Assembly: GCA_965247115.1 (NCBI GenBank)
Contig: CBDFGR010000002.1
Location: 1,696,001-1,760,000, forward strand
Origin: Myxococcota bacterium
GTDB taxonomy: Bacteria; Myxococcota_A; UBA9160; SZUA-336
Length of the DNA: 64,000 nucleotides
Direction of reading: 5' to 3'
The position numbers and the translations under genes were made by a program. The notes beneath the pieces are model-generated. The model did no database searches, was not told where the DNA came from, and saw only the letters and a list, made by a program, of their open reading frames with translations. Below are positions 10,350 through 19,396 of this stretch, one piece after another. Each line of letters opens with the position of its first letter. The first letter of the stretch is position 1.

Positions 10350-10595
10350 GGCCTGTACCTCCTGCGTCCCATCATGAACCCTGGAGGCAGCAGGTTCCAG
10401 CGCCACGTCGGTCAGTAGATGAGCGGGAGGACCTTCTTGAACTTCGGCAGGAACTCCTGGACCTGCTCGAGCTCCTCAATCGAGGAGTACCAGCAGGGTG
10501 CTTCGGCGAATTTTGTCAAAGTTAGCAACGAAAACCGAGTCCCGATTGAGTCGAGTCGCCAACCCAGATCCGCTAAATTGTTGAAATTCCTACGC

Positions 10596-10683
10596 GGAGA
10601 GGTGGCCGAGTGGTCGAAGGCGGCGGTCTTGAAAACCGCAGACCCGAGAGGGTCCGGGGGTTCGAATCCCTCCCTCTCCGCCA
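10596..10683 (+). tRNA. tRNA-Ser, anticodon TGA, CCA encoded
   Basis: GGAGAGG/CCTCTCC acceptor stem, GCGGT-CTTGAAA-ACCGC anticodon arm, long variable arm, GGTTCGAATCC T-arm. Confidence 0.97.
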
Positions 10684-10705
10684 GAGCCTTCTGGATTTCT
10701 TCGGG

Positions 10706-11824
10706 CTACTCGCCGCTGAACGCGTACCCAGCGAGCAGTAGCGCGTACACGAGGGGAAACAGCCAACGCGACCTCCGGTCGATGAGCGTCGCGGTCTCGG
10801 GCGCGGCTTCGTTGTAGTGCGAGACCAGCATGCTCTGCACCACGGTTACCGCCAGCAAGACGAACGACACCAGCATCATCTTGTCGAGCACCGTGAGGTA
10901 GGCGATCCGTGGTAGGCCGTCGGCAATCACGAACTGATAGGCGACCACGGTTAGGACGCCGCTGGCGGTGATGCGGCTCCGGCCGGCCAGTCTTTCGTCG
11001 GTCATCCAGAAGACCGACCACGAAATGGCGACGATGATGAGGATCGGGAGCATCACCTTCCACAGGTAGAAGCCCGCGCGGCGCTCTACATCGATCTCGA
11101 ATACGAAGCGGGAAAACGGTCTTGCGCCTCGAGTCGAGGCAACCTCCTCGACGCGGCTGCTCACGCCGAGAAGCTCCCACTCCTGCATGGTGAAGTCCTG
11201 CGCGAAGCCCGTCGTCGTCGGGTCTGCCACGAACACCAGATCGTCGATCTGCCAGCGAAACGACTCGAGCGCCACCTCGAGTCGCTGCTGGTCGAAGGGG
11301 AAGCGGCGCAGGTCCAAGTCAGCGTGCACCTGTACGCTTATGTTGAGGTCGTTGTGCAGGGTGCCGTCCGGGGCAACCCGCATCACGCGCTCCGTGATCT
11401 CGAACGGGCCCGCGCGGTTAACGGGGAATCCGGCGGGCAACCAGATGCGTTCTCTCTCGCGCTCTGCGGCAGTACCGATGTAGACGCGCTCCAGCGTACC
11501 GACCTCGTCGGGGTCGTAGGCAAGTCGCGGATCGCACCAGGTCGCCCTCACGTGGCCTCGGAATGAGTACTCCTCCCGAACCGCGTCGAGCGCGCGCAGC
11601 TGCGTGATGAAGACCCCGGCCCCGACCAAGGTGGCGCCGTTCGGGTTGGGTGACGTCAACGGATCGGCTCCAGCGCCGAGATTTGCTCGTCCGTAGTCCA
11701 CGTTCGCACAGGCTGCGGGCGACCCGGTGAAGCCCGGGGTAGAAGCCGCGCGAGCCGTCCCGCCGAGCGCCGCAGCGCTCAACCACACCAGCAGTACTAC
11801 CACGTGTCCTGGAATGACCCTCAA
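10706..11824 (-). CDS. Pentameric ligand-gated ion channel (GLIC/ELIC-like)
   Basis: Signal peptide, WCDPRL, IWLP, RRFPFDQQ Pro-loop, VERRAGFY pre-M1, four TM helices; TTG start overlaps upstream TGA. Confidence 0.88.
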   Translation of the reverse strand: MRVIPGHVVVLLVWLSAAALGGTARAASTPGFTGSPAACANVDYGRANLGAGADPLTSPNPNGATLVGAGVFITQLRALDAVREEYSFRGHVRATWCDPRLAYDPDEVGTLERVYIGTAAERERERIWLPAGFPVNRAGPFEITERVMRVAPDGTLHNDLNISVQVHADLDLRRFPFDQQRLEVALESFRWQIDDLVFVADPTTTGFAQDFTMQEWELLGVSSRVEEVASTRGARPFSRFVFEIDVERRAGFYLWKVMLPILIIVAISWSVFWMTDERLAGRSRITASGVLTVVAYQFVIADGLPRIAYLTVLDKMMLVSFVLLAVTVVQSMLVSHYNEAAPETATLIDRRSRWLFPLVYALLLAGYAFSGE

Positions 11825-13404
11825 ACCGGCTCACCAAGCTCGCGGGCGCGGTCAAGCCGCGTTGCCTCATCGTGCGGCAGGTGCCTGCGCGCCATGACAA
11901 GGCAGACAATCGTCACGGCGAAAATCAGCAGTGATAGCGCCATTGCCAATCGCAGCGCTTCGCCGTCGCTCATGCCGGATGCGATGAACAGGTCGCTCGT
12001 TTGCCCGATCACGTCCGGGCCAAGGGCGAGACCGATGAACGTAACCAGCAAGATGTAGTATGCGCCGGCCACCGCGCGCATGCGTGGCATGACGAGATCG
12101 TTTGCAGTGCTTGGCGGCACGCCCGCCCACATCGAAGAAACCAAGACCAAGACAAAGTTCATGATGTAGGCTGTGTTTAGGCTGTCGGTATAGATCATCC
12201 ACAGCGCTGCGGGCGTCATGGCGACGATGCAGATGTAGCCGATCAAAATGCGCCCGCCCGCGACGCGCAGCTTCAGCCAGTCTGCCAGCACGCCGCCCGA
12301 TGTGGAGCCAATCAACCCGCCAGCCGCTGCGCCGAAACCGATATACAACCCAACCTCGGTTGCGCTCACACCGTGCAGGCGCATCAAGAGCGGCGCTGTC
12401 CAGAAGCCAACACCGTACATGACGAAACCGATGCTGGGGAACGCAACGAGCGCGTACATCAGCGCCCTCGATCGAAAAATCATCGAGAACGTGGCCGGGT
12501 CGCGAATCTTGAGCGATTGCGCCCATGAGAACGTGACGTACACCCCAATTCCGGTCGCGATCCACTGCGCGACGCTGCCGGTCAATGCGATGAGCAGAAC
12601 GGCAACGATGACGAGCCCGAGCGCGGCCACGCCGTTGATCGAAAGTGCTGGGCGGTGTGCCATGAGGCCGATCAGGTTGAGCGGCGGGATTATAGAAGCA
12701 AGCTCAGACCCGAGGACCCGCAGCGGTTGCGGGTGGGTCTCCGTGACGAGACCTTCGGTGATGCCCCGGGTCGGTTCTCGCAAGGAGCGTACCCACGCAG
12801 CGACCAGAATCCCCGGTACGCCTACCACCATGAACGCAACGTGCCAGCCTTTCAGTCCGAACGGCGCGTCGGACGTATTCGGATACCAGGCGCTCCATGT
12901 GTCGAGAATGGAGCCGCCGAGCCAGAGCCCGACGCCGGCGCCGATGAACACACCGGCCGAGTAGATGGCAATGACCGTGGCACGGCGTTCCGCCGAGTAG
13001 TAGTCGGACAACAGCGAGTACGCCGCGGGTGATGCGCTGGCCTCGCCGATGCCGACGCCGATCCGGCACAGCGCGAGAACCGGAAACGACCGTGCGAGCC
13101 CGGAGAGCGCCGTCATGGCGCTCCACACCACGAGCCCACTGGCGATCAGGCTACGGCGGACCCAGACGTCGGCGAGACGCGCGAGCGGGATGCCGAAGAC
13201 CGCATAGAACACGGCGAACACGGTGCCGTAAAGGAACCCCATCTGCGCGTCGGTGATTCCAAGGTCTGCCTTGATGTCCTCGGCGAGGATGGAAAGGATA
13301 TTGCGATCGATGAAGTTGAAGATATAGACGATGACCAGAACGGCCAGCACATAGTGCGAATAGAGCCCACCCGTCTTGGGTGCAGGTGCAGTGTTCTCCG
13401 CCAC
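11821..13404 (-). CDS. Spinster-like MFS transporter
   Basis: FNFIDRNILSILA, GIPLARLAD, RIGVGIGEA, LREPTRG. Confidence 0.88.
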   Translation of the reverse strand: MAENTAPAPKTGGLYSHYVLAVLVIVYIFNFIDRNILSILAEDIKADLGITDAQMGFLYGTVFAVFYAVFGIPLARLADVWVRRSLIASGLVVWSAMTALSGLARSFPVLALCRIGVGIGEASASPAAYSLLSDYYSAERRATVIAIYSAGVFIGAGVGLWLGGSILDTWSAWYPNTSDAPFGLKGWHVAFMVVGVPGILVAAWVRSLREPTRGITEGLVTETHPQPLRVLGSELASIIPPLNLIGLMAHRPALSINGVAALGLVIVAVLLIALTGSVAQWIATGIGVYVTFSWAQSLKIRDPATFSMIFRSRALMYALVAFPSIGFVMYGVGFWTAPLLMRLHGVSATEVGLYIGFGAAAGGLIGSTSGGVLADWLKLRVAGGRILIGYICIVAMTPAALWMIYTDSLNTAYIMNFVLVLVSSMWAGVPPSTANDLVMPRMRAVAGAYYILLVTFIGLALGPDVIGQTSDLFIASGMSDGEALRLAMALSLLIFAVTIVCLVMARRHLPHDEATRLDRARELGEPV

Positions 13405-13428
13405 GCTCGGTGACTGCTACGCTGACGG

Positions 13429-13602
13429 CTAGGCGCGCGTGGAGGCGGGAACCTCGTCCGGATGCTCCACCTCCCACGCGTAGTCGTAGCCCAGTCGGTC
13501 GGCCAGCTCGACCTGGTCCAAGGCCTGCTGGACCAGCTCGAACTCCGAGTCCTCGGTCCAGGGGCGGGGGAGCTGCAACTCGTAGAAGATCCCGAACTTC
13601 AT
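13429..13602 (-). pseudogene. Truncated LLM-class flavin-dependent oxidoreductase (N-terminal ~47 aa)
   Basis: MKFGIFYELQLPRPW...ADRLGYDYAWEVEH then unrelated PDEVPASTRA*; intact members continue EHHF. Confidence 0.85.
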
Positions 13603-13722
13603 GCGCGTCCCCTTGGGTCTCGAGGAGCGCCATCATAACGGGTCTGCTCGACGGCTGTCTCGACGCGAGCCTCCGTGCAGCGCGCAGAGATTGCGCGCGC
13701 ACGTGGGGGCCGTGGATCGTCT

Positions 13723-14109
13723 CTACGCTGGCGCCGTGCCCTGGGCGAGCTCCCACGCGTTCCCGTCCGGATCGTAGAAGGAGGCGAGCTTCACCATGCC
13801 CCCGATGGCGCGCGTTGGACCGTCGAACCGGACCTGCTGACTCTCCAGTGCAGCACGCGTCTTCTCGACGTCGTTCACTCCCCAGGTAGGAACGGTGCTC
13901 CTGGAAGGCTCTGGGTTCTCGACCTGACTCAGCCCTACCGTCACGCCAGGGATGTGCGTGTCGAGCTCGCACCAGCCGATCTCGTCCACTTTGTACTTCA
14001 GCTTGAAGCCGAGGACCTTCTCATACCAGCCGATGGATGCATCGATGTCCTTGACGGATACGGCCAAAGTCACCTCTCTGGCGAATCCCAGTCCGTTGCT
14101 GTTTGCCAT
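13723..14109 (-). CDS. VOC family protein
   Basis: VKDIDASIGWYEKVLG ... FYDPDGNAWEL. Confidence 0.85.
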   Translation of the reverse strand: MANSNGLGFAREVTLAVSVKDIDASIGWYEKVLGFKLKYKVDEIGWCELDTHIPGVTVGLSQVENPEPSRSTVPTWGVNDVEKTRAALESQQVRFDGPTRAIGGMVKLASFYDPDGNAWELAQGTAPA

Positions 14110-14162
14110 GTCGTTCCTTCCTGGTCCTGTTTTTATATCTGATATACTGCCTGGACGATCGA

Positions 14163-14735
14163 ATGGATGTCAAGCGCTCGGCCATTCCCCCCGAACTGAT
14201 CGTCCTCTGCGGCAGGACGTGGTCCCTTCCCGTTCTCGCGCACCTGCACGGCTTCGAGGGCGCTCGCTACGTCGAGCTGCTCCACGCCACGGGCGCGAGT
14301 CGAGGGTCGCTCTCCGACACGCTCAAGTCCCTCGGTCGGCTGGGCATGGTCACACCGAATCCCGGCTACGGACACCCGCTGCGGCCCGAGTACATGCTGA
14401 CCCCTGAGGGTTCTGGCGTCGCCCGGGCCAGCGCCGCCGTACTGGAGAGCGCGGATCGCCTGCGGATGCAGCGACGCCTGTTGCTCAGGAAGTGGTCCCT
14501 CCCGATCTTCCTCGCTCTGGGGCCGGAGACGCTCCGCTTTGGCCAGGTGCGCGCGCGCCTCGGACACCCGACGCCCCGCGCGATCTCGCTCGGTCTGAGA
14601 GATCTCGCGTCCGTCCGCTGGATCGATCGTCGGCTGATCGATCAATCGCCACCCTTCGCCGACTACACGCTTGCGACGCGCGCGCGACCGCTTCTGCGTC
14701 CGCTCCGGCGCCTCGCATCCGCGGCCACAGCCTGA
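14163..14735 (+). CDS. Tandem HxlR-type winged-helix regulator
   Basis: Two repeats of [RK]xWSLP...R[YF]...L...[ED]YxL; divergent from the VOC gene. Confidence 0.75.
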   Translation: MDVKRSAIPPELIVLCGRTWSLPVLAHLHGFEGARYVELLHATGASRGSLSDTLKSLGRLGMVTPNPGYGHPLRPEYMLTPEGSGVARASAAVLESADRLRMQRRLLLRKWSLPIFLALGPETLRFGQVRARLGHPTPRAISLGLRDLASVRWIDRRLIDQSPPFADYTLATRARPLLRPLRRLASAATA

Positions 14736-14749
14736 CAGAAGCGGGCTCC

Positions 14750-15514
14750 TCAGGCGCCCATTCTCGAGACGGCGTCGCCGATGATCCGCGCAGCCTCCTT
14801 GTTGGCGCGGACTATGGTTCGCATGCCCCCGTCGACCTTGGCGGCGTCGCCGATCAGGCGCCAAACCTCGTGCACTTCGTCGTGGTGGGGCAGGCGCTCC
14901 ATCTCGATGAACCACGTTCGGATCTGGGGATACGCGCTGTAGTCGGTGCAATTGGCGTACTTCGCCTGATTTTGCCCGAGCTCCTCGTAGGCGAAGAGGT
15001 CGGCGATCGTGGGGTGGGGCCCTGCGGCGATGAAGCCGGTACGCGCAAGCATGCTGTCCACGATACGCAGCGCTCGCTCCGCAACCTCGGCACTGTCCGT
15101 GAGCCCCGTAAACGTGTTCTTCTGGAGCCACTCCTCGTCCGGGTTGTTTACGCCAGCCACGGTGGGCCACAGCGTCTGACTCCAGCGCGCCACGAGCTCG
15201 CGGGTGTTGCGGTGGTGAAAGTGGAGGTACTGATTGACGCGCGCGCGGTGGACGAGATTGTCGGGCCAGAAATCGCTCCACCCGTGCTTCTCGCACAGAT
15301 AGATCATGATCGCCGGGCTCTCCCACAGCGTAACGCCGTCGTCGTCGATCGCGGGCACCGTTCCTCGCGGATTGATGCCCTCGAGATATTCGGCCCGTTT
15401 GGCGTCCCGGCTCTGATCGGTCAGCTTCAGCTCAAACGGGAGTCCCTTGAGCAAACAAAGCCAAATGACCGACCGAACAGGCTGAGAATTTGGAATCCCG
15501 TAGACGATGAGCAT
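14750..15514 (-). CDS. Glutathione S-transferase (theta-like)
   Basis: SQPVRSV, INPRGTVP, LWESPAI, PTIADL; AGGAG RBS. Confidence 0.88.
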   Translation of the reverse strand: MLIVYGIPNSQPVRSVIWLCLLKGLPFELKLTDQSRDAKRAEYLEGINPRGTVPAIDDDGVTLWESPAIMIYLCEKHGWSDFWPDNLVHRARVNQYLHFHHRNTRELVARWSQTLWPTVAGVNNPDEEWLQKNTFTGLTDSAEVAERALRIVDSMLARTGFIAAGPHPTIADLFAYEELGQNQAKYANCTDYSAYPQIRTWFIEMERLPHHDEVHEVWRLIGDAAKVDGGMRTIVRANKEAARIIGDAVSRMGA

Positions 15515-15646
15515 GACACTCCTCGGGGCCTGGCGCCTCAGGCCGTCGCGACGAATCGCGTTCATGCGCACGCCTCCGTCGACCGGCTCTAGCTTACACC
15601 GACCCGAAGATCGACGGCGGGAGCCACCGGCTGCTAGGATCGGGTC

Positions 15647-16765
15647 ATGGCAGCTTTTGAATACGCTGAGTCGCGAGTTCCGGTGCGTGAGGATCTCGGG
15701 GTAGCACACCGGCAGATCTGGAAACGCCTCGCCGCGCCTGGCTGCTGGTGGACGGGCGCCGAGCGCGTCGCCATCGCGGCCGAGGTGCGAAACGCCCCGC
15801 GCTGCCCGCTCTGTCGGGAGCGCAAGCAGGCGCCCTCCCCGTACGCGATCGAAGGGGAGCACGACCACCTCGGCGCGCTGCCCGCTGCGGCGGTAGACGT
15901 GATCCACCGAGTGATGACCGACCCGAGCCGGCTGTCCAAGGCGTGGGCCGAGAAGACGCTTGCCGGCGGCATCAGCGACGGACACTTCGTGGAGCTGCTC
16001 GGTGTCGTCGTCGCTGTGGTGAGCATCGACAGCCTGCACCGCGGGCTCGGCGTTCCACCCGAAGCGCTGCCGGAGCCGCTCCCTGGGGAGCCGACGAACT
16101 ATCGGCCCGCGCAGGCCGTAGCCGGGACGGGCTTTGTTCCCATGCTTCCCGTGGATGGCGCCACTGGTCCGGAGGCGGACCTCTGGGATCCGGGGCACAC
16201 TGCCAACGTGATCCGCGCCATGAGCCTGGTCCCCGACGCGGTGCGAGACCTGCTGCTGCTCTCGAGAGCGCACTACCTGCCCGTCGCAAAAGTCGGGACC
16301 TTTGGCGCGAACGGCGGGCGGGCACTGGACCGGATGCAAATCGAGCTGATCGCCGGCCGTGTTTCGGCTCTCAACGAGTGCTTCTACTGAACGACGGCTC
16401 ATGCAATGGCGCTCCGGGGGAGCGCCCAGATCTCAGGCAGCCAGGTCGACGTCCACGCGATCACCGAAGGGAACACCGCGGACAGCGGGGTCGACCACGG
16501 GGCCGAGCTCGTCGCCTTTGCGGAGGCGGTCGTCGGTGAGGATGACGCTGCACTCGAGCGCGCCCGAAAAGAGCTGCTGGCCGCTGCCGGCCCGGACGCG
16601 CTGGTCGATGCTGCGGCAGTCGCCGGCAACTTCCAGCGCATGGTGCGGATCGCCGACGGTGCCGGCATTCCTCTCGACGGCGCGTTCGCTGAGAGGAGCG
16701 CCGACCTGCGCGAGGAGCTCGACCTGAGCCGCTACGCTTCGGCTGTGCACAGTCGCGTCAGCTGA
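15647..16765 (+). CDS. AhpD-related selenoprotein (Sec at TGA 16388-16390, C-F-Y-U-T)
   Basis: ORFs 15647-16390 and 16406-16765 are in frame, separated only by TGA; NECFY-U-TTAHA fits AhpD CxxCxxxH; hairpin 16408-16426. Confidence 0.85.
16408..16426 (+). promoter_or_regulatory. Putative bacterial SECIS hairpin
   Basis: GGCGCTCC-GGG-GGAGCGCC stem starting 17 nt after the in-frame TGA. Confidence 0.6.
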
Positions 16766-16885
16766 CGGCGGCGCCTGACTCCATCATCGGAACGTCGCTG
16801 GCGCTCCGCTCTGAGCTGAGCCGGTACGCGGCGGCCCACTGAGGCTTATCTCACACTGTCGGCCCTGGGTGCCGATGACACCGAT

Positions 16886-17494
16886 GTGAGCCGATCCCGC
16901 CTGAGCCTACTCCTCCTGATCCTTCCGGGCTTCTTCCTGCAAGCGGCCGGGGCGAAGATGCACAGCCTGTTGCTGTTCGCCGCGGGAACTGCCATGCAGG
17001 GTGTGGGACTCGTCCCCTGGCTGCGTGTCAAGGGGCGGAGCCCCTCGTTTGCGCTGCTCGCGCTCGCCCCGGTGTTCGGCTGGATAGTGGCGGTCAACCT
17101 CCGGAGCGAGGAGCAGCGCGAAGAGATTGCGCTCGCACGTGAGAGCCGTGGGCCAGGCTTCTGGGTCAAGCGCACGGCCGTTGTCGTCGCTGGACTCCTG
17201 CTGGTCGGCACATGCTCCTTCCTGCAGGCAGCGCTCTTCGATGTCCACCGCGAGGGATACAAGCTGGTACAGGCGCTTGAACGCCACAAGGAATCGCACG
17301 GGATCTACCCGCCGCGGCTGGAGGAGCTCGGCATCCCCGTCAAGTATCCGCGCGAGGGCTGGCGAGGGACTCGCTATCGAACGGACGCCGGCGGCCAGGA
17401 GTTCTTCCTCACCTGCTTCGTCCGGCGCCTCGGAACGACCGACGAGCGGGTGACCTACAATTCTCGAAAAGACCGCTGGCGCTCCTACCGCTGA
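16886..17494 (+). CDS. Hypothetical membrane protein
   Basis: Several N-terminal hydrophobic helices, soluble tail (HGIYPPRLEEL). Confidence 0.6.
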   Translation: MSRSRLSLLLLILPGFFLQAAGAKMHSLLLFAAGTAMQGVGLVPWLRVKGRSPSFALLALAPVFGWIVAVNLRSEEQREEIALARESRGPGFWVKRTAVVVAGLLLVGTCSFLQAALFDVHREGYKLVQALERHKESHGIYPPRLEELGIPVKYPREGWRGTRYRTDAGGQEFFLTCFVRRLGTTDERVTYNSRKDRWRSYR

Positions 17495-17585
17495 TCCTCA
17501 ACTACCCTGGTCTCCGGGGAAGCTCGGGCGGTTCAGTCGGGCCTCTGAGGCGTCGATGGCGCGCCAGAGGTCACCACTCACCCCG

Positions 17586-17984
17586 TCAGCTTGCGACCGC
17601 GGCACCCGCAATGGCAGCGGCGAACTTGGTCGACAATGACAACGCGACGATGCCTGCAAGAGACGGCAGCGCGCCCGTGCCCCCGACAATCGCCAGGTCG
17701 AACGTGGCATAGGCCAAAGCAACAGCGAGGGCGAATCCGATCGCGTGCCGGTCGGGTGTTCGTCGCGTGAGCCAATAGAGCGCGCCGAAAAACAGAAACA
17801 CACCAGCGACCACGCTCGACCACGGTGCGATTCGCTGAGCGGAGGCTTCGTAAAACGCTGCATCGTGGCCGGGCTCAATGAAGTATGCATACACGGCGAC
17901 GACGCCATAACTGATCGCGACGTTGACCACCATGATGACGAGAGCAACGCCGATGGCTTTTGGGATGTCGGTCTTCTTGAACAT
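17586..17984 (-). CDS. Small four-TM hypothetical protein
   Basis: GAGGA RBS before ATG; four hydrophobic segments. Confidence 0.65.
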   Translation of the reverse strand: MFKKTDIPKAIGVALVIMVVNVAISYGVVAVYAYFIEPGHDAAFYEASAQRIAPWSSVVAGVFLFFGALYWLTRRTPDRHAIGFALAVALAYATFDLAIVGGTGALPSLAGIVALSLSTKFAAAIAGAAVAS

Positions 17985-18075
17985 TGGGTCCTCTTCGTGC
18001 CCTAGAACTCTAGCCGATGTGGAGACCTGGGAGCCGCGATCACAGGGCACAGACGCCTTCTCAGAGAATCTAACC

Positions 18076-19344
18076 TCAAGTCTGCTCGATGAATGAGGGC
18101 TGAGGAGGGGCGTCGGCCGAGATCGTGCGGAGGGTTCGGACTTCGGGGACGGCTAGGACGGCGGCGGTGGGGAGGATGATGAGGGCGGCGCCGATCCAGA
18201 GGGTGTGGGAGGTGCCGATGGCTTCGACGAGCGGGCCTGCGGCTGCCATTCCGAGGGGGGCCAGGGCGATGGAGCCGAGGACGTCGTAGGCGCTTACGCG
18301 GGAGAGAGCCTCGGGGGCCACGTGAGTCTGGAGGGTGGTGTTCCAGAGGACGCCGAAGAGTTCGGCGCCGATGCCGTTGATGAAGGCGCCTGCGATGATG
18401 AGCCAGAGGGGGGCGGGGCCGGACAGGAGTAGGATGGGGAGGGCCGTTGGGAACATGCAGAGTGTTCCGACGAGTATCGGGCGCTCGACGCGGACTCGGA
18501 AGGCGATGAGTCCTCCAACCACCAGCCCTACACCGAATGCGGACACGATCCAGCCCCAGTCTGCGGGGCCTCCGAGGTGTCGCTTTGCGACGATGGGTCC
18601 CACGATGCCGTAGCAGGCCTCCGACGCGGCCACGAGCAGGGTGAACTGGAGCACGATCGTCCAGAGCCAGCGGTGCGAGGTAAATTCCTTCCAGCCCTCG
18701 AGTAGATCTCGCACCAGACTCACGCGTGCAGAGCGTTGCTGGCTGCGCGGGCGCAAGCCCATGACGAGTATGGCACTGGTGCCGAACGTGGCCGCGTCGA
18801 TGGCGATCGCCCAGCCGGGACCGACGGTTGCCACCAGGATTCCGCCCAAGGCCGCTCCCAACCCGAAGGCTCCGCTCTGGGCCAGGGAGAGCAGCGCGTT
18901 CGCGGACTGGAGCTCGTGGCGCTCCACGACTTGCGGCAGGAGCCCGATGAAGGACGGCCAGTGAAGGGCGAAAGCCGTGCCGTTCACCGCCATGAGTGCG
19001 ATCAGGGGTGTGACGCTGCTCGTGTGCGTGAGGAGCAGCAGCGCCATCGCGAACTGGCTCGTCATTGCCAGGAGGTCCGCGAGCACCAGCATGCGCTTTC
19101 GCGAGGTGCGGTCCGCGAGTGCTCCGCCGAGGAGCTGGAAGGTCACCTGCGCAGCGGACTGGGCCGCGATCACGAGTCCCATCGCGCTCGGTGAGCCGGT
19201 CAGCTCGAGGACGCCGAACGCCATGGCGATGGGGGCCATCACGCTCCCGAGCGCTGAGATCAGGCGCGCGGTGAAGAACCGTGCGAAGTCCGGCTGGCGC
19301 AGCAGGCGCAGCCCCTCGCGGATGCCCGCCGGGTCGTTCGTCAG
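18076..19344 (-). CDS. MFS transporter (drug:H+ antiporter-like); probable CTG start
   Basis: GGALADR motif; typical N-terminus (LRLLRQPDFARFFTARLIS) lies upstream of first canonical start 19242; in-frame CTG 19344 has GAGG 7 nt upstream. Confidence 0.8.
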   Translation of the reverse strand: MTNDPAGIREGLRLLRQPDFARFFTARLISALGSVMAPIAMAFGVLELTGSPSAMGLVIAAQSAAQVTFQLLGGALADRTSRKRMLVLADLLAMTSQFAMALLLLTHTSSVTPLIALMAVNGTAFALHWPSFIGLLPQVVERHELQSANALLSLAQSGAFGLGAALGGILVATVGPGWAIAIDAATFGTSAILVMGLRPRSQQRSARVSLVRDLLEGWKEFTSHRWLWTIVLQFTLLVAASEACYGIVGPIVAKRHLGGPADWGWIVSAFGVGLVVGGLIAFRVRVERPILVGTLCMFPTALPILLLSGPAPLWLIIAGAFINGIGAELFGVLWNTTLQTHVAPEALSRVSAYDVLGSIALAPLGMAAAGPLVEAIGTSHTLWIGAALIILPTAAVLAVPEVRTLRTISADAPPQPSFIEQT

Positions 19345-19396
19345 GAGGCGGCCTCGAGCGGATCGATGGCGCGGAACACGTCATTCATTCTACTGT

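Noticed and set aside
10596..10683. tRNA-Sec candidate (long variable arm, 'TGA')
   Set aside because: Anticodon TGA reads UCA (Ser); tRNA-Sec needs anticodon TCA and an extended acceptor stem.
14750..16402. 550-aa ORF
   Set aside because: Only the last 254 aa (GST) are real; the rest is antisense to the selenoprotein.
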